This document shows, piece by piece, positions 36,136 through 52,294 of a DNA stretch of 64,000 nucleotides. Within the stretch, counting starts at the first letter, position 1, and every line of letters begins with the position of its first letter. The stretch is from Raja brachyura (taxonomy: Eukaryota), in assembly GCA_963514005.1 (NCBI GenBank), contig OY740817.1, forward strand, positions 8,680,001 to 8,744,000. The letters run 5' to 3'. Both the position numbers and the translations under genes were made by a program. Under the pieces are notes generated by a model. It did no database searches, had not been told where the DNA came from, and saw only the letters and a program-made list of their open reading frames with translations.

Positions 36136-36605
36136 CAGTGCCCTCCATAATGTTTGGGACAAAGACTTATTTATTTGCCTCTGTACTCCACAATTTTTGA
36201 TTTGAAATTTAAAAAAAAATCACATGGTAAAAGTGCATATTGTCAGATTTTATTAAAGACCATATTTATACAATTTGTTTTCACCATGTAGAAATTACAG
36301 CTATAGACATACCCCCCACCCCCCAATTTCAGGGCACCATAATGTTTGGCTTCACAGGCGCTTGTAATTGCTCGGGTGTGTTTAAATGCCTCCTTAATGC
36401 AGGTATAAGAGAGCTCTCAGCACCTAGTCTTTCCATCACATTTGGAAACTTTTATTGCTGTTTATCAACATGAGGACCAAGGTTGTGCCGATGAAAGTCA
36501 AAAAAGCCGTTATGAAACTGAGAAATGAGAATAAAACTGTTGGGGACATCAGTCAAACCGTGGGCTTACTCAAATCAACTGTTTGGAACAGCATTAAGAA
36601 GAAAC
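36136..36605 (+). mobile_element. Tc1-like DNA transposon, 5' remnant
   Basis: Terminus CAGTGCCCTCCATAATGTTTGGGAC, an internal repeat of ccataatgtttgg near 36337, and the transposase HTH start MRTKVVPMKVKKAVMKLRNENKTVGDISQTVGLLKSTVWNSIKK. Confidence 0.8.
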
Positions 36606-37620
36606 CAAAATGTATAAAAAATGACCTTTATTCAAATTTGACAATGTACACAATATGTAGGGCACTGTATATTGAGATATTTGCTTTTAGCCGATTGCTG
36701 CTCAGCCAATAAATGAGGAATTAGCAGTTTGACAAATGTTATTGCAAAACATTGTTGGTTTGATGCAAGAATAAAGTTTTGTAAGTTCCAAGTTAATATA
36801 TAAGGAAGGAATGGCATGAACAGATTAGTGAAAGGGAAATTATGAAATGTGTTGCAAAACTGTTAAGTGAAAGATTATACCAAAAAGCTCAAATTATCTT
36901 TTGACAAAGCTCTCAGGTCTTGGTACATGGTTCCTGTACATCCTGTGACAGGTCTAAAGGACAGTTACCTGTTTCATTACTAAAATAAAAACCCAACAAA
37001 AATAGATCTTAGTTTTGAATTGAGTGTAATGTTTGTTTTTGTGCTCATCATCCCCTGGATGAGGCAACTAAGCCTGCATATGATAGCATGAAGATAATAT
37101 GGTTTTCTTTTCAATTGCATTCAATATATGTGCGCTGATTACTGGGATCAGTGTTGAATAGGCTTTAAAATCACTTTTTTACTTGAGTGTATTAATATGG
37201 TGGCGATGGAGTTCAACACTTGCAAGAAGGATGTAATGGAGGAGTGCTGCAATTGGGGATATTGATTTCTGATTCATCACAGTGGAAAACATTTGGGAAT
37301 TTAAGTTCATCTTAAAATGACTAACCCTCTTTGGCAAAAATACTGATTATTTGCACATTTTTATACGCAGACAATTCCAACAATGTGTTTTCTTGCAATT
37401 GTATCAACGTTGTTTAGTTTACATTAAATAGTTTGAATTTTCTTTTAAATAACTTAGATGAACAACACTGGACTAAATTAGGTGGGTCTCCCTTTATCAC
37501 TAGTCATTTTTCATGAACATTTAAGAGCCTGGTGCATTTTGGTGCATGTATTGCATAATTGATTCAAGCTGCTTGAACACGCAGCCACTTTTATTTAGCT
37601 TATATAGTTGGACTTCTGGC

Positions 37621-38060
37621 TAGGATTACCAACTGTTCCATATTAGTTGGGACATCCCGTATATTGGGCTAAATTGGTTTGTTCCTTATGGGACCACCCT
37701 TGTCCCGTATTTGACTGCTACTACTCGGGTCGAGGGGACTGTTGGGTCGGAGTGCTGCGTCCGGCCTTCTCTCGCCCACCCCGACGTAGCGCAGCCCATG
37801 GAGTGCAGCAGCAGCACCTCGCCCATGGCCCCGCTGGTCGTCCGCCCGGCCAGCTGTCCGACATTCGTACCTTCGCTTACCACCGACACAACCACCCCTC
37901 CTTCTCGTGGCCAAATTCTTCAGTTGGCCCGCTGGCTGGGCTTTGTGTGCAGTCCAGCACCCGGGCCAATTCATCATTCACCCAGCCACGGTCAAGTCGG
38001 TCAGTGAATTGCCATCGGAAATTTGTCCCTTATTTGGGAGTGAGAAAGTTGGCAACCGTA
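37621..38060. mobile_element. hAT (Blackjack-like) MITE
   Basis: Terminal inverted repeats taggattaccaact / agttggcaaccgta. 8-bp TSD cttctggc 37613-37620 and cttctgac 38061-38068. GC-rich interior. Confidence 0.85.
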
Positions 38061-38714
38061 CTTCTGACGGGCACATTTGTAACTATGAAAAGCTAAAACT
38101 GGGCAAAGTTGCTACAGGTTGAAAGTTTCTAGTGCAGAACCCTTGAGTCGAAACCAGTGCCGGAGAATGTAAAATGCTGGAGCATAGAAATTCCCCCCTG
38201 ATTAAATTCCTCAGAGTCGTTTAGTGGAACATTTGTGAGAAAAGGAAGTTGGAGGGTGCAGTGAATCAAAAGATTGAGTAAGTCAGAAACACCAGCTGAG
38301 ATCATAAAAGTTGCTCTGGCAAGGTCGATGTAACTTGATACTTCTCTATCACTGGGGCTATAGATATTAAGACGTTTCCACAAGTGGGAGGTCTTGAATG
38401 ACGAAGCATAATAACAAGGGGGCAGTTGCCTAAAGCTGACATGCATAGGAATTTCTTGCAGAAGTTTGTGAATCTGTAATTCATTGTCTTAGAGGATTTG
38501 TTGGCTAGATTACTGGAGGTGATAGATAAATCTTTGAAAGATGGGCAATTGAGGGCTATGTGGTACTGGCACAGGTTAATGCATCGAATAATTCAAAGAT
38601 GAAAATATTAAAAAGCAACCAAAATGCTTGAGTAACTTGTGTCTCTGGATGATATGAACAGGTAACAGGTTACTGTATCTGTGATGTTTATCTAAGAGAT
38701 ATCTAGGTGCTAAT

Positions 38715-39030
38715 GTTTAGTTTAGAGATACAGCGCGGAAACAGGCCCATCTGCCCACCGGGTCCGCGCCGACCAGCGATCCCTGCTCCCTGCACATTAA
38801 TGCCATCCAACACCCACTAGGGACAATTTTTACATTTACCGAGCCAATTAACCTACAAACCTATAGGTCTTTGGAGTGTGGGACGAAACCGAAGATCTTG
38901 GAGAAAACCCACGCGGGTCAAGGGGAGAACGAACAAACTCCGTTTAGACAGAACCCGTCGTCGGGATCGAACCCGGTTCTCTGGCGCTGCATTCGCTGTA
39001 AGGCAGCAACTCTACCTCTGCGCCAGTGAC
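38715..39030 (-). mobile_element. Young full-length HE1/V-SINE
   Basis: A box TGGCGCAGAGG, B box GGTTCGATCC, many CpGs retained, (CTAAA)n tail. Confidence 0.85.
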
Positions 39031-41324
39031 CGTCAAGTGTGTAGTGATACGTACCGAACTGTATCCAAAAATGAATTTCACTATACCTCTGTACATGTGA
39101 CTAAAGTACCATTTATTATGAAAGTTCATATCTTAAAATCATTTTTTCAGTTTCTTCAGCCGTGCCATTTTACAGCTGTGAACAAGAGGCTCTTGCGTGA
39201 CTTGCAATAGTCTGATATCTGTTCCTTTGTTGGAAACTTCTGCCAATATCTACCATTGTATTGCCTACATCTCATCTCCTTTTTCATCCTTAATGCTAGC
39301 CCCCCCCCCCCCGGTATCATTTGCCCAATCTGTCCCACAGACATTATAATCTATTACGTTAAGATCTAACATCTGACTGTTGCAGATGTCTCCGAAATGG
39401 TCATGAGGTTTATCTTGATTTTTATGTCTCGGGTGTTTTCAGATATTTGTATCAATAATGCATATTTTGGCCTTGTATCTTAACCCATATCTCTGACTCT
39501 ATTCAAATATTTCTTATTTCCTCTCCTAATTCAATTGTTTAATATCTCTTGATTTTCCTTCATTTACAACGACCAAAGCATGAGCATATTTATTTATCTC
39601 TCAAATTCATACTTTGGAATTTGTTAGTACTATTACCAGCACTCTCTTATCCTCACCCCCTCCTCCCATTTACTAGATAATTTATCTTGTGATTGCTGAT
39701 GTCCTTGTTTAGACTTAATTTCTAGTCGAACAGTCTGCCTCTATAATGTAGTACTATCTTGTTGTGGTACTTGTATATCATGAAATGGAACCTCTTTCTC
39801 TTCAAATTATTTCAGCCATATGTTCATCTTGCTTTGCCTGCATGTGTTTACTCTTGATAGTCAAGTGATAAGGACACAGGAAATAGAAGCAGAAAAAAGC
39901 TTTTCAGCTCCTCGAGCCTATTCTGCTATTTAATCTTTTACTGTAGCACCACTATCCTGTATTTTTATAATCTGTTATTCCTTTAATATCCATCAATCTA
40001 TTTCCCCAAATGTCCTCTGTGACTGAACCTCCACAGCCCTGTTCAGTAGAAAACTCCGAAGAACTTTGCCCTTTGGATGAATAAATATTTTCTCACCTCA
40101 CTACTCAACTATGTGTGCGCCTGTAATCACTTCCTTCACATCTTGTTACTATAGATGTATGACCTTACCTGTATCTCAAATGTGGAAAATTAATGTTTAA
40201 ATAATGGGTTCAGTGAGGTTTTTGCGTTGGACAAAGGGCACAATAACAGTGGGTGGGAATGTCTCCATTCTGGACTTCTGTATACACTTGAGATACCTTC
40301 TGAAGTGATTCTGGTTGTCAGTCTGTGGCAGTATAAACGCGAGGTTTGTTGTAGCTTGTATTTATTTTGCTGACGAATAAACGGAAATACCTGAATCATT
40401 AACATTTTACTCTTGAGTGTAACTTCTAAATTAAAACTGTAATTACAATGTTCAAATATGCAATGATTAATGTACTTGGATCTGAATGAATCATGTGTCT
40501 CTGATTCACTATCCATATTTCTTCAGGTAACTCGGAGCTTAGTAGAGGAGTGACATCATTGCTGTTTCCCCCATTTAAGTTAAACAAAGAAGTGGACTTT
40601 GAGCCTCTAGTACAGTAAAATTAAACATTAATTTCCTGAAGCTAGTTGTGGCAGCCCTATAGTTTCCCAAAAAAACGTCTCAATCGGGTTAAACAGTTCT
40701 GTTACGCCTTTTGAATTTAAGGTATGTTGAGATGAAAGAATATGTTTATCTCTGGTGACTATGTTCATCCCCAGGTTTAACTGTCAAAATTAATGCCATC
40801 CACCAATAAATAATCAACAAAATAGCAGGCAACTTGGTGATGTGTCTTCTGAGTCGATCGTCATTCCGTGCAAGTTACAATATTCTCTTGTGAGAGATGT
40901 ATTACTTTTTCAGAACAATATCATAAGAAGAGAAAATAGAATTGTGGATGAGGTATTTTTTATTTTTGATCCACTAAGTCTGGTTCTTGCATCATACAGT
41001 CCAAGGTTGCATACAGTAGTGTACAAATAAAAATAATACCTTGCCTTGTTTCTCCCCCCCACCCCCCGCTGCTACCTCCATCGGCCACATTGTACTTTGA
41101 CCTGTACGTGTTGTGAATGATGTGTGCAGCCCATCAATGCATTGCTCTATCTGTATCAGCAAAAAAGGCGTTTTAACGTGTGTACTGGGAATTTCAAGCA
41201 AGTGAATCAAGTATTTAGTCATCTGAAGTGACAAAGGTTGTTAGCATTTTGATATCCTCAAACCTTTATGATGTAATGTAAGCTTGTTTAAAAAAAATGG
41301 TGCGTTTACTTATCCTGCTACCAA

Positions 41325-42205
41325 GAGTCGAGAGTGTTTTATTGTCATATGTCCCAGATGGGACAATGAAATTCTTACTTGCTGCAGCACAACAGAATAT
41401 GTAAACATAGTACATAACAGGAGATGAAAAAAAGTTCAGTGCGTGTATACACATGCACATAAATAACAAATATAGTGCAATACTAATAGTCTGTTGCAGT
41501 TCAGAGCTTATTTGTTGTTGTGTTTAATAGCCTGATGGCTGTAGGGAAGAAGTTGTTCCTGAATCTGAACATTACAGTTTTTAGGGTCCTGTACCTTTTT
41601 CCTGATGGCAATGGTGAGATGAGTGTGTGGCCAGGATTGTGTAGGTCTTTGATGTTGTTGGCGGCCTTTTTGAGGCAGCGATTTCGGTAGATCCCTTCGA
41701 TGGTGATGGACTGGTGGTGGTCACAACATTTTGCAGTCTTTTCCGCTCCTGGACGTTCAAGTTGCCGAACCAGGCCACGATGCAGCCAGTCAGTATGCTT
41801 TCTACTGTCCACGTGTAGACGTTCAGGAGAATCCTCTTTGACATGCCGAATCTCCGTAATATATTCGGGAATTAGAGTCGCTGATGTGCCTTCTTTATAA
41901 TTGCATCAGTGTGCTGGGTCCAGGAAAGATCTTCGGAAATATGCACACCCAGGAAAGTTTTGACCCTCTCCTCCATTGTCCCATTGATGTAAACAGGATT
42001 GTGGGTCCTCATGCTTTCCTTACCAAAGTCCACAATCAGTTACTTGGTTTTACTGATGTTGAAAGCCAGGTTGTTGTGCTGGCACCATTTGGTCAATCGG
42101 TCGATCTCACTTCTATACTCTGACTCCATCTGTGATTCTTCCAACAACAGTGGTGTCGTCAGCAAACTTGATGATGGAGTTCGCACTATGTCCGGCAACG
42201 CAGTC
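41325..42205 (-). mobile_element. Rex1/Babar-type LINE 3' fragment
   Basis: Reverse complement reads IIKFADDTTVVGRI...VESILTGCIVAWFGN...PGHTLISPLPSGKRYR...FRNNFFPTAIRLLN plus the 3' UTR. Confidence 0.9.
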
Positions 42206-42299
42206 ACCATTGGCGCAAATCAAGTTTTAGAATTCTTTTAATTTAATTTGTGTCAATTTGCAAATTTCAAAAATGATTGTTGAATATTTACCTACTTTT

Positions 42300-42890
42300 T
42301 ATTACAGACTCGAGGTCCAGATAAAAGACGAGACATTACATAGAATAAATTGCATACAGAAGCAAAATAATTTACATACAAAAGCACAGTAAATTACATA
42401 CAAAAGCACAATCGATCGTTTTGGATCAAGAACTTAAAAAATCAGTGTCCAACAACAAGACGACTAACTATACCACTGCTGGCATTGGTAGCACGTAATG
42501 CCAAACCGTATGTTTGATAAGGCTAAGATGATTTCAGTTTCAGAGTCATTAATCCGGCAAATAAATTTATACATAAGATTTCTTAATCTGGAGCCACAAA
42601 CATTTCACTTGCACTACACCATCTAGGTCTCTTAAGTAATATTCTCATGGCATCATTATAAGCTACTTTAAGTCTCTGTAAGCTTGCTTTTCTGTAGTTT
42701 GACCACAGGTGCGCAGTATAGAGTGGTGTACAATAGGCTCTGAACAGAGACCGCTTTGCTCCATCTGTACACGCACTAAACTTGTGTAAGAGAATGTTTG
42801 CTTGTGCATACATCATATGGCGTTGTCTATAAATATCCTCATCATCTGTTATTTGTTCTGTAATAAAATGTCCAAGATATTTTGCCTTAT
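42300..42890 (-). mobile_element. Non-LTR retrotransposon RT C-terminal fragment (possibly RTE-X clade)
   Basis: YAQANILLHKFSACTDGAKRSLFRAYCTPLYTAHLWSNY...LKVAYNDAMRILLKRPRWCSASEMFV. The clade assignment is from memory and uncertain. Confidence 0.65.
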
Positions 42891-43309
42891 TACAGATGCT
42901 AAGATATCTTTTTATTTATTTATTTCCCCCCCCCTTTTTTCCCCCTCAAAATGGCGACGGTGCGGACGCATCGCGACGCCCGTGTCTCCTGAGAATTTGC
43001 AAATTGAATTATCAGACGATTTAAAATCAGTAAATTTTAGATATTCATCCTCTTTGGTTCTACAGTTCATAACAGCACTCTTACCAGCATTATATTTCTT
43101 TAAAAATGAAAAACAAAATAATTTTTGAACTTAATTTGCAACATATTTGAGATGAGTGTTCGCAACTAATTGCACCAACTTTGGAGAATTATTTTTAAGA
43201 TTGTAGGATGTATTTAATAATATTAACCATGTTGGGACTCATTAAGAGCACCAGGTAAAGAATGGAAGCTGATGCATCAATTAATAATATTTAATTTGTT
43301 CCATTTCAG

Positions 43310-43337
43310 ATCGTGAGGACCAGTCAATCTTATGCAC
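43310..43337 (+). CDS. MYH9: MYH9 exon 4 (28 nt)
   Basis: tttcag|ATCGTGAGGACCAGTCAATCTTATGCAC|gtgagt = DREDQSILCT; phases fit exons 3 and 5. Confidence 0.96.
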
Positions 43338-43477
43338 GTGAGTCATATTCCTGAATTTAAAAAAAAATAATGGTTTAATTAGCATTGTTTCTGTTTAATT
43401 TTCACGTTGTAGGACATGAAATAGCTTCTTTTGCCTCATAGCCAAAAAAAAGGCGATATATATGTACAATGTGTACA

Positions 43478-43775
43478 TTAGAATAAAGGGGAAGCCATTC
43501 TTAGAATAAAGGGGAAGCCATTTAAGACTGAGGCGAGAAAAAAACGTTTTTACCCAGAGATTGTAAATTTGTGGAATTCTGTGCCACAGAGGGCAGTGGA
43601 GGCCAAGTCACTGGATGGATTTAAGAGAGAGTTGATGGAGCTGTAGGGGCTAGTGGAATCAAGGGTTGTGGGGAGAAGGCAGGCACGGGTTATTGATTGG
43701 GGATGATCAGCCATGATCACAATGAATGGCGGTGCTGGCTCAAAGGGCAGAATGGCCTCCTGCACCTATTTTCTG
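43478..43775 (+). mobile_element. CR1-type LINE 3' end
   Basis: Starts with a tandem duplication of ttagaataaaggggaagccatt and ends ...gaatggcctcctgcacctatt. Confidence 0.8.
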
Positions 43776-44653
43776 TTTTTATCTCCAATAAATCATTATC
43801 TGAAAGCTATTTCAAAGTTATTACATTACCTTTGTGTTTTCTTAAACAGCAGGTAACTTTTAAAAGGTGGCCCATGTATGTATTATGGATATTTCATGTC
43901 ATACCATCGCACCTGGTTATCTTTGCAACCAAATAAATAATTGAAAGTTTTAAGATGCGGTTATGATTGCTACAAGATAACATGTTCTTGTAGAGAATGT
44001 GTTGAATATGTTCTTTTGACAGGAAAGTTAGAGCTGTTGGAAATAGTAGTCACCTTTCCGACTGACACTCCTAGAACAAGAATTGCCACAAGTTAGCTCC
44101 ATCCGCTTCACACAAGTAGTGCAATGTTTGTCTTGTTTGATTTGGATTTTCTACCTTTATGGGAGCTATTGTTTTCAGACGGATCACATCTGATGCCAAC
44201 ACCTCAACAATGATTCTTTCATGACAAGTCCATTTTGTGAGTAAAGGAGAGCCTAGAAATAATCAGGTGTTCTATTTTTCTAATAATATGCAAATTTGTT
44301 TCCCAAACAAATTTATATGGGAAACTGATTTATCCCGCTGCGCCACTTAGCTGCCTGTTGGTATCTTGACCAGACATTCTCAATGCATGGTACGACATCA
44401 ATTTATTTTCAAGTATACGTGGTCATGAAGATGGGGTTGAGGTAATCTAAATGCTCTAACTGTTTTAAGATCAATTAATTATTCTTTGTACAACATTTGT
44501 ACATTTCCCAAAGGTAAAAGCTAGTTCTCAAAACTGATTTTATTTGAAGGTAATCGTCTATGTTGTTGCTAAAAGTCATTTAATTCTGTTCCACGGCTTT
44601 TAACCTGTGCTTGAAACCTGGAATTGTTAAATTGTAAATGGTTTGATTTACAG

Positions 44654-44747
44654 AGGAGAATCTGGTGCCGGTAAGACAGAGAATACCAAGAAAGTGATTC
44701 AGTATTTGGCTCACGTTGCCTCTTCACACAAGTCTAAAAAGGAACAA
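44654..44747 (+). CDS. MYH9: MYH9 exon 5 (P-loop)
   Basis: [31 protein letters not shown]; ttacag| and |gtaagt; 94 nt. The loop-1 sequence is MYH9-like. Confidence 0.97.
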
Positions 44748-45029
44748 GTAAGTGTCTTTTAACATATAGAGGTGAATGTTTAGTCATTTTTAATCTCGTC
44801 ATTGTAATAGTTTTATTAATCTATATGTAATTGATTTCAAAATATACAATACCAAACATTGTGATCAATCTGTTCCTGTAAAATTTTATCATTGAAATTA
44901 TGACTGATCAAATTATAGTTTAACATTTCATAACTGCCTGTTAAATCCCTTTAACAAAGTAAATTCTTGAAAGTTTCTTGCATATTTTTGCATGCAGTTG
45001 ATAACACTTTCCCCCTTCAACATTTGCAG

Positions 45030-45050
45030 CAGTCTACGGTGTTAGCATAC
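45030..45050 (+). CDS. MYH9: Candidate alternative loop-1 microexon (QSTVLAY)
   Basis: ctttcccccttcaacatttgcag|CAGTCTACGGTGTTAGCATAC|gtgagt; 21 nt, phase 0-0, no stop codon. Confidence 0.8.
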
Positions 45051-47943
45051 GTGAGTGGGTTATTATAATTTGATTTGCATATTCTGCACTTTTTATGCAT
45101 TTATATACAGATCTGTTGGCTGTTTGGGGAAGTTGCTCAATTGGTTTAAGAAATTGCCTTTTGGGCAATAAAAACTCTTGATTTGAAACTTCCCCCTGAT
45201 TGAACAAACTCCTGGACTCGAAGATATGATACAGATGTAGTTTAGTGTTTGCTTAATAGTACTTTCCACTAAGCAAATGCGGTTGTCATATCTGTAAACA
45301 TTAATTGCAGCAAAATTGTGGCTTGAATTGATATGCAATAATTTGATCGCATCCAGACCAGAAAATACCATTTTTGATTTGCATACTTTAATTTCAAATA
45401 TTCGTCCTACTCAATATCAGGAACATGATTGTCCTGGCGGTCACCACAATGATAAGCACTTCAAATCTCAAAAATTCTGGTCATTTCTCTGGACTGTTGT
45501 CTACTTTGGATGGATTTGGAAACAAATTACAGCTCAGATCTGTATATTATTTATGTTGCATGCTTTGGGTGTAAAGGTGGTGTAAGTGTTTCTTAAAGGG
45601 TCTGTTAAAATTGGAGGTGTTTGCATAGAACAATGTTTAATAACTCAATTGGGATGTTTCCCATCCTGAAGGAACCTTGTGTCATTCATTCCGGGAAGTG
45701 ATTGGGAGCTCTGTGGTACAAAATTAAATGTTAATATTGAAGGTTTTTCCAAACCTCAAAATAACAAATATAGTGAAAAAGAGAGAAAATCAAAGTGTTC
45801 ATGTAGGAAATCACTCCCCCCCCCCCCCCCCCCCCCCCCCATCTAATGCGACTTTAATGTGGTTTTATTATCTGCTTAACAATAAGTTTATTGGGGAATA
45901 TTTTTGTCAAAAGTTGCTTCCCCTCCAGTATATTGTCTTAGTCTTTGCAACTGCTGTGAAGTTTGTTCCTCTGACCAGGAAAGAGATGTTTCACACTTTT
46001 TAAAGTAAAAATTATAATCATCACAAGCTTGTTATTAAATGGGCAGTTAAAAATCTATGAATTCAGTCCAACTGTTATAAAACTCAAACTGAATGTCAAA
46101 TTAATTTTGATTTTGACTAGCTACCTTTAGTTTCCCTTAATCAAACTTTTTATTTGCAGTTAGCCTCTAGTCAGTATTCCATTTAATCGACAACAATATG
46201 TAGCACAAAACCTACACCTGCATTTATAAGATTCTGTTATGTGCATCACTGGATTCCACCCCCCACTGACATGTCACAGGAAATATTTGTAATTCCTCTA
46301 ATAGGATTTTAGCTTTACTTTTAAAGTAAATTGTCCAGAATATATAATCTTGATTTGCCATTTACCAGGATAAGTCCATATAGTGAACACTAATCTTGAG
46401 GCACAGATGTGAAATGACTGTTCAGAATGCAACTTTGTGATGTTGTTAATTGTGCTGTAATAATTGTGTACGTAATTCTGTGTAAAATTAAAGTCTCACC
46501 ATTGCATTGTAGAGCTGCAATAGTGTACTAACCATCAATTGATAACGCACCAAAATGGATGGAATAAACCTGTTTGTGGAACAAATTACTTCATTTCGAA
46601 ATCCATGAAGTAAATGCAACACAACTTCAAATTGACAATAAGGCATTATTATTACAAAAAGTCAAATTTTCCATTGTCCAAATTTGGTTCATTCTAAAAT
46701 GGATTAAAATGATTTTATTGGATTGCTTTACAGCTCTACTAGATTGAACAGTTTCCATGTCTTGCTTCTTACCTGCCTAATGTAGCACTAATGCTAAAGA
46801 AAGCTACTGACATATTCTAACAATGTTATAAATGGTGGAATTAATAATTGGTGTCTCAGTATGTTGTCCATTACATTTTAAAATTAAGTGTGGCATGCCT
46901 CAAATTAGGGGGCTGAATTTGTTTCTTCCTGTGATACTTTTTCACATCCAGTATACTGCATTCTTTTTCACATCCATTCTTCTACGAATACTTGTATGGA
47001 AATTGATCCCAATTCCTTCAATGGACATTTTATAGACATCAAGTGAAGCCAAATATCTGAATCTTGAGCCGTGTTGTGATTTTTGCAAAGACTCTGAAAT
47101 GATTTCTCTCCTTGGATCAAAGACAAGTGAATGTTTGTAAAACAACCTTCATTATCTGTGGGCAGGTGATAAATCTTCACTAGAGTTGTTTTTCCAAGTT
47201 TGCAGTTTGTGCATGTAAGACCATCTGTGTAGTTGGTGTCATCAGCCACAAACCTGGATGCTCGGAAATGTTTTTTCCAGGCTATTTAAGATCAGCATTC
47301 TTGACTCAAATGAAATATGTGTGGACACGAGTTGAAAAACTCCCCAAATTAATGTAATTATCAATCATGTTTTAAAGTACTTTTTTAAAGTACTTTTTAA
47401 ATGTAAACTCCTTTTGAGCATGAACAGCTATTAAATTGTGTGCTTAAAGAAGCTCTGGCTTAGTATGTGAATTGAAGTGTGTTAAAAGGGTATAGAGCAG
47501 CAAAAACATGTATGCCATATTTGTGCATGACTTGCTGAAGGGATAGTGGTGAGATGACAATCTTGCCACTCTTTCAACAAATTGCAGAGGACGTTGGACC
47601 TTGATGTTACAAATGGCCTAGGTCTACTAAGTATAAATCTAGGTATATATGCCTGTCGAGTGCTTCTGGGTAGCACCTTCCTGCCTCAACATCAAATTTC
47701 ATGGAGATTTTCAAAAAGTGATTCAATGCTGCTTAGAGAGGGAATCCTTTTATGACTTTTACTCAGGAAGTTGTTCAGTGCTTATTTGGAATTGCATCTC
47801 TCATGTCAGCCCCTCTAACCCTTCGTCTCCTCGCCCGTTGCCAAAACAAGTTCCAATGACACTGCCACAACACCACTTCTGCCTAGTTTTGAAACCTAAC
47901 TTAAAGTCTGATTAGTAATCACCAAAATTCAAAATGTTCTTAG

Positions 47944-48288
<345 letters not shown>

Positions 48289-48503
48289 TAGCAAACAACA
48301 GCACAGGGCATAGACTCAAAAGTTTCTAAGATACTTATGGGTTACTAGTTTCTTTGATCTGTGGCTTTATTTCCTAAAGTATCTTTTGCTACAAAAATGT
48401 TTATTAAACAAAATCTAATGGGGGGGGAAAAAGTAGCCAAAGCAAACAACATTTAAATCGTAAGGTCGGTATTCTTCTGCAATGTTTACTTCCAAGTATT
48501 TAA

Positions 48504-50843
<2,340 letters not shown>

Positions 50844-52150
50844 TAAACAGTTTTACTGAAGAGAAAGTTGTATAGTGATCCCCAAGCGAACAAGTAGAGA
50901 TTGCATCATGGCATGAGCCGTGTCCTGCAAAACTTCATGCCTTTTTTGCCTCCAGTAGCTTGAGCACAGGTTGATTCTAGATATTGATAATTGTACGAAA
51001 AGGTAGTTGCCTGGTATCTAATTTGAATTTCTTGTACCAATTAAAATTTACATCCGTAGTCTACTGAGGGTAATAGATTTGAAGTAGTGTTCCAGATCTT
51101 TTCATATGTAACTTGTCGCTTCAGGTGTATGCCATGATCTTTTCTCAATTGTTTCCTTTTCAAAGTAATTATTAGATTTTTGGTGTTGTAATTCCACCAG
51201 AGCAACATGTATTTTAAGTGTGACTGCACTACACTATACAATTGCTATTAATTGTTTAGTGTAGTACAGGTCCACCACCACTTTTTAAGTAACTGGTGAT
51301 CTGGCACCTCCTTTAATCCGGACACAATTACGGTAGCACACTTGAAATCATCCTGGAACCCCCCCCCCCCCCCCCCCCATCGAAATTGCTCCTTGCGGCT
51401 GTGGCTCTAGAACATTGGCCAGGCTGGAGCCGGCACATCTGTTCTGTTTTTCGGGCCAGTATCTCGGCACCTAGGTGGACAGTTTAGGTTCTGTTCTTTT
51501 CTACGTCTCTCAGAAATAGGGATAGTCCAGAAAGGGTGCCAGTAAATTGATAGTGGGCCTGTACTCGATTTGCTTTGTTGATTACTATTCTTTGGTAAAT
51601 ATTTATGCTGGCATAGTAATTTATTTGTTCTGTTTGTAAGGACCTAATGAGTGTTGGGAACACTTTAAGCTGGATGAACTGCTTCCTCCTTGACATGGTG
51701 TTAGCTATGAATTTGACTGGTTTGCATTGATATCTCAACCTAACCGTGTAGTAGGTTGATTTCACAGCATTACAACAGTGATTATACTTCATTGACACAT
51801 AGAAAATAGAGGATGGATTGGACTATTAGGTCCTTTGTGCCTGTTCCACCATTTGATAGGATCTAGGCTGATCCTCCTTGACAACATCATATTCCAACTT
51901 CCACCCATTTGCCTTGACGTCGTTTGTGTGTTGAAAATTTCTACCTCTAATATATGTGACTTGGCCTCTTGAATTATGCAGGTTCACCACCCACTGAGTG
52001 AAGCAATTCTCATGCTCTGTCTGGAATGTCAGACAGAGAATCTTCATCTATACTGACTGTGAAGCATCATAAGTAATCTTGATTACAAAAGTGCTGTATA
52101 ATTAACATTTTCATTTTTAAGACTAATGCGTGACATCTTTTTGGTTGCAG

Positions 52151-52294
52151 CTGATCTGTTATTGGAGGGTTACAATAACTACAAATTTGTATCTAATGGT
52201 CACATTACCATTCCTGGACAGCAAGATAGGGAATTGTTCCAGGAGACGATGGAGGCATTCAAAATTATGGGAATATCTGGTGATGAATTGATAG
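52151..52294 (+). CDS. MYH9: MYH9 exon 9
   Basis: [47 protein letters not shown]; 144 nt. Confidence 0.96.

Noticed and set aside
37647-38096. GC-rich block resembling an internal CpG-island promoter, with ORFs
   Set aside because: Bounded exactly by terminal inverted repeats and an 8-bp TSD, so it is a MITE interior.
38960-39030. tRNA-like A and B boxes (also in the other V-SINE heads)
   Set aside because: These are SINE heads continuing into SINE core and tail, not tRNA genes.
45816-45840. Long poly-C and poly-G tracts (also 8785, 16037, 21345, 51359, 61356)
   Set aside because: Common low-complexity tracts whose lengths are unreliable in assemblies; G4 potential alone is not evidence of function.
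46160-46199. Second candidate loop-1 exon after tatttgcag
   Set aside because: The phase-0 frame hits TAA after 8 codons and the donor is poor.
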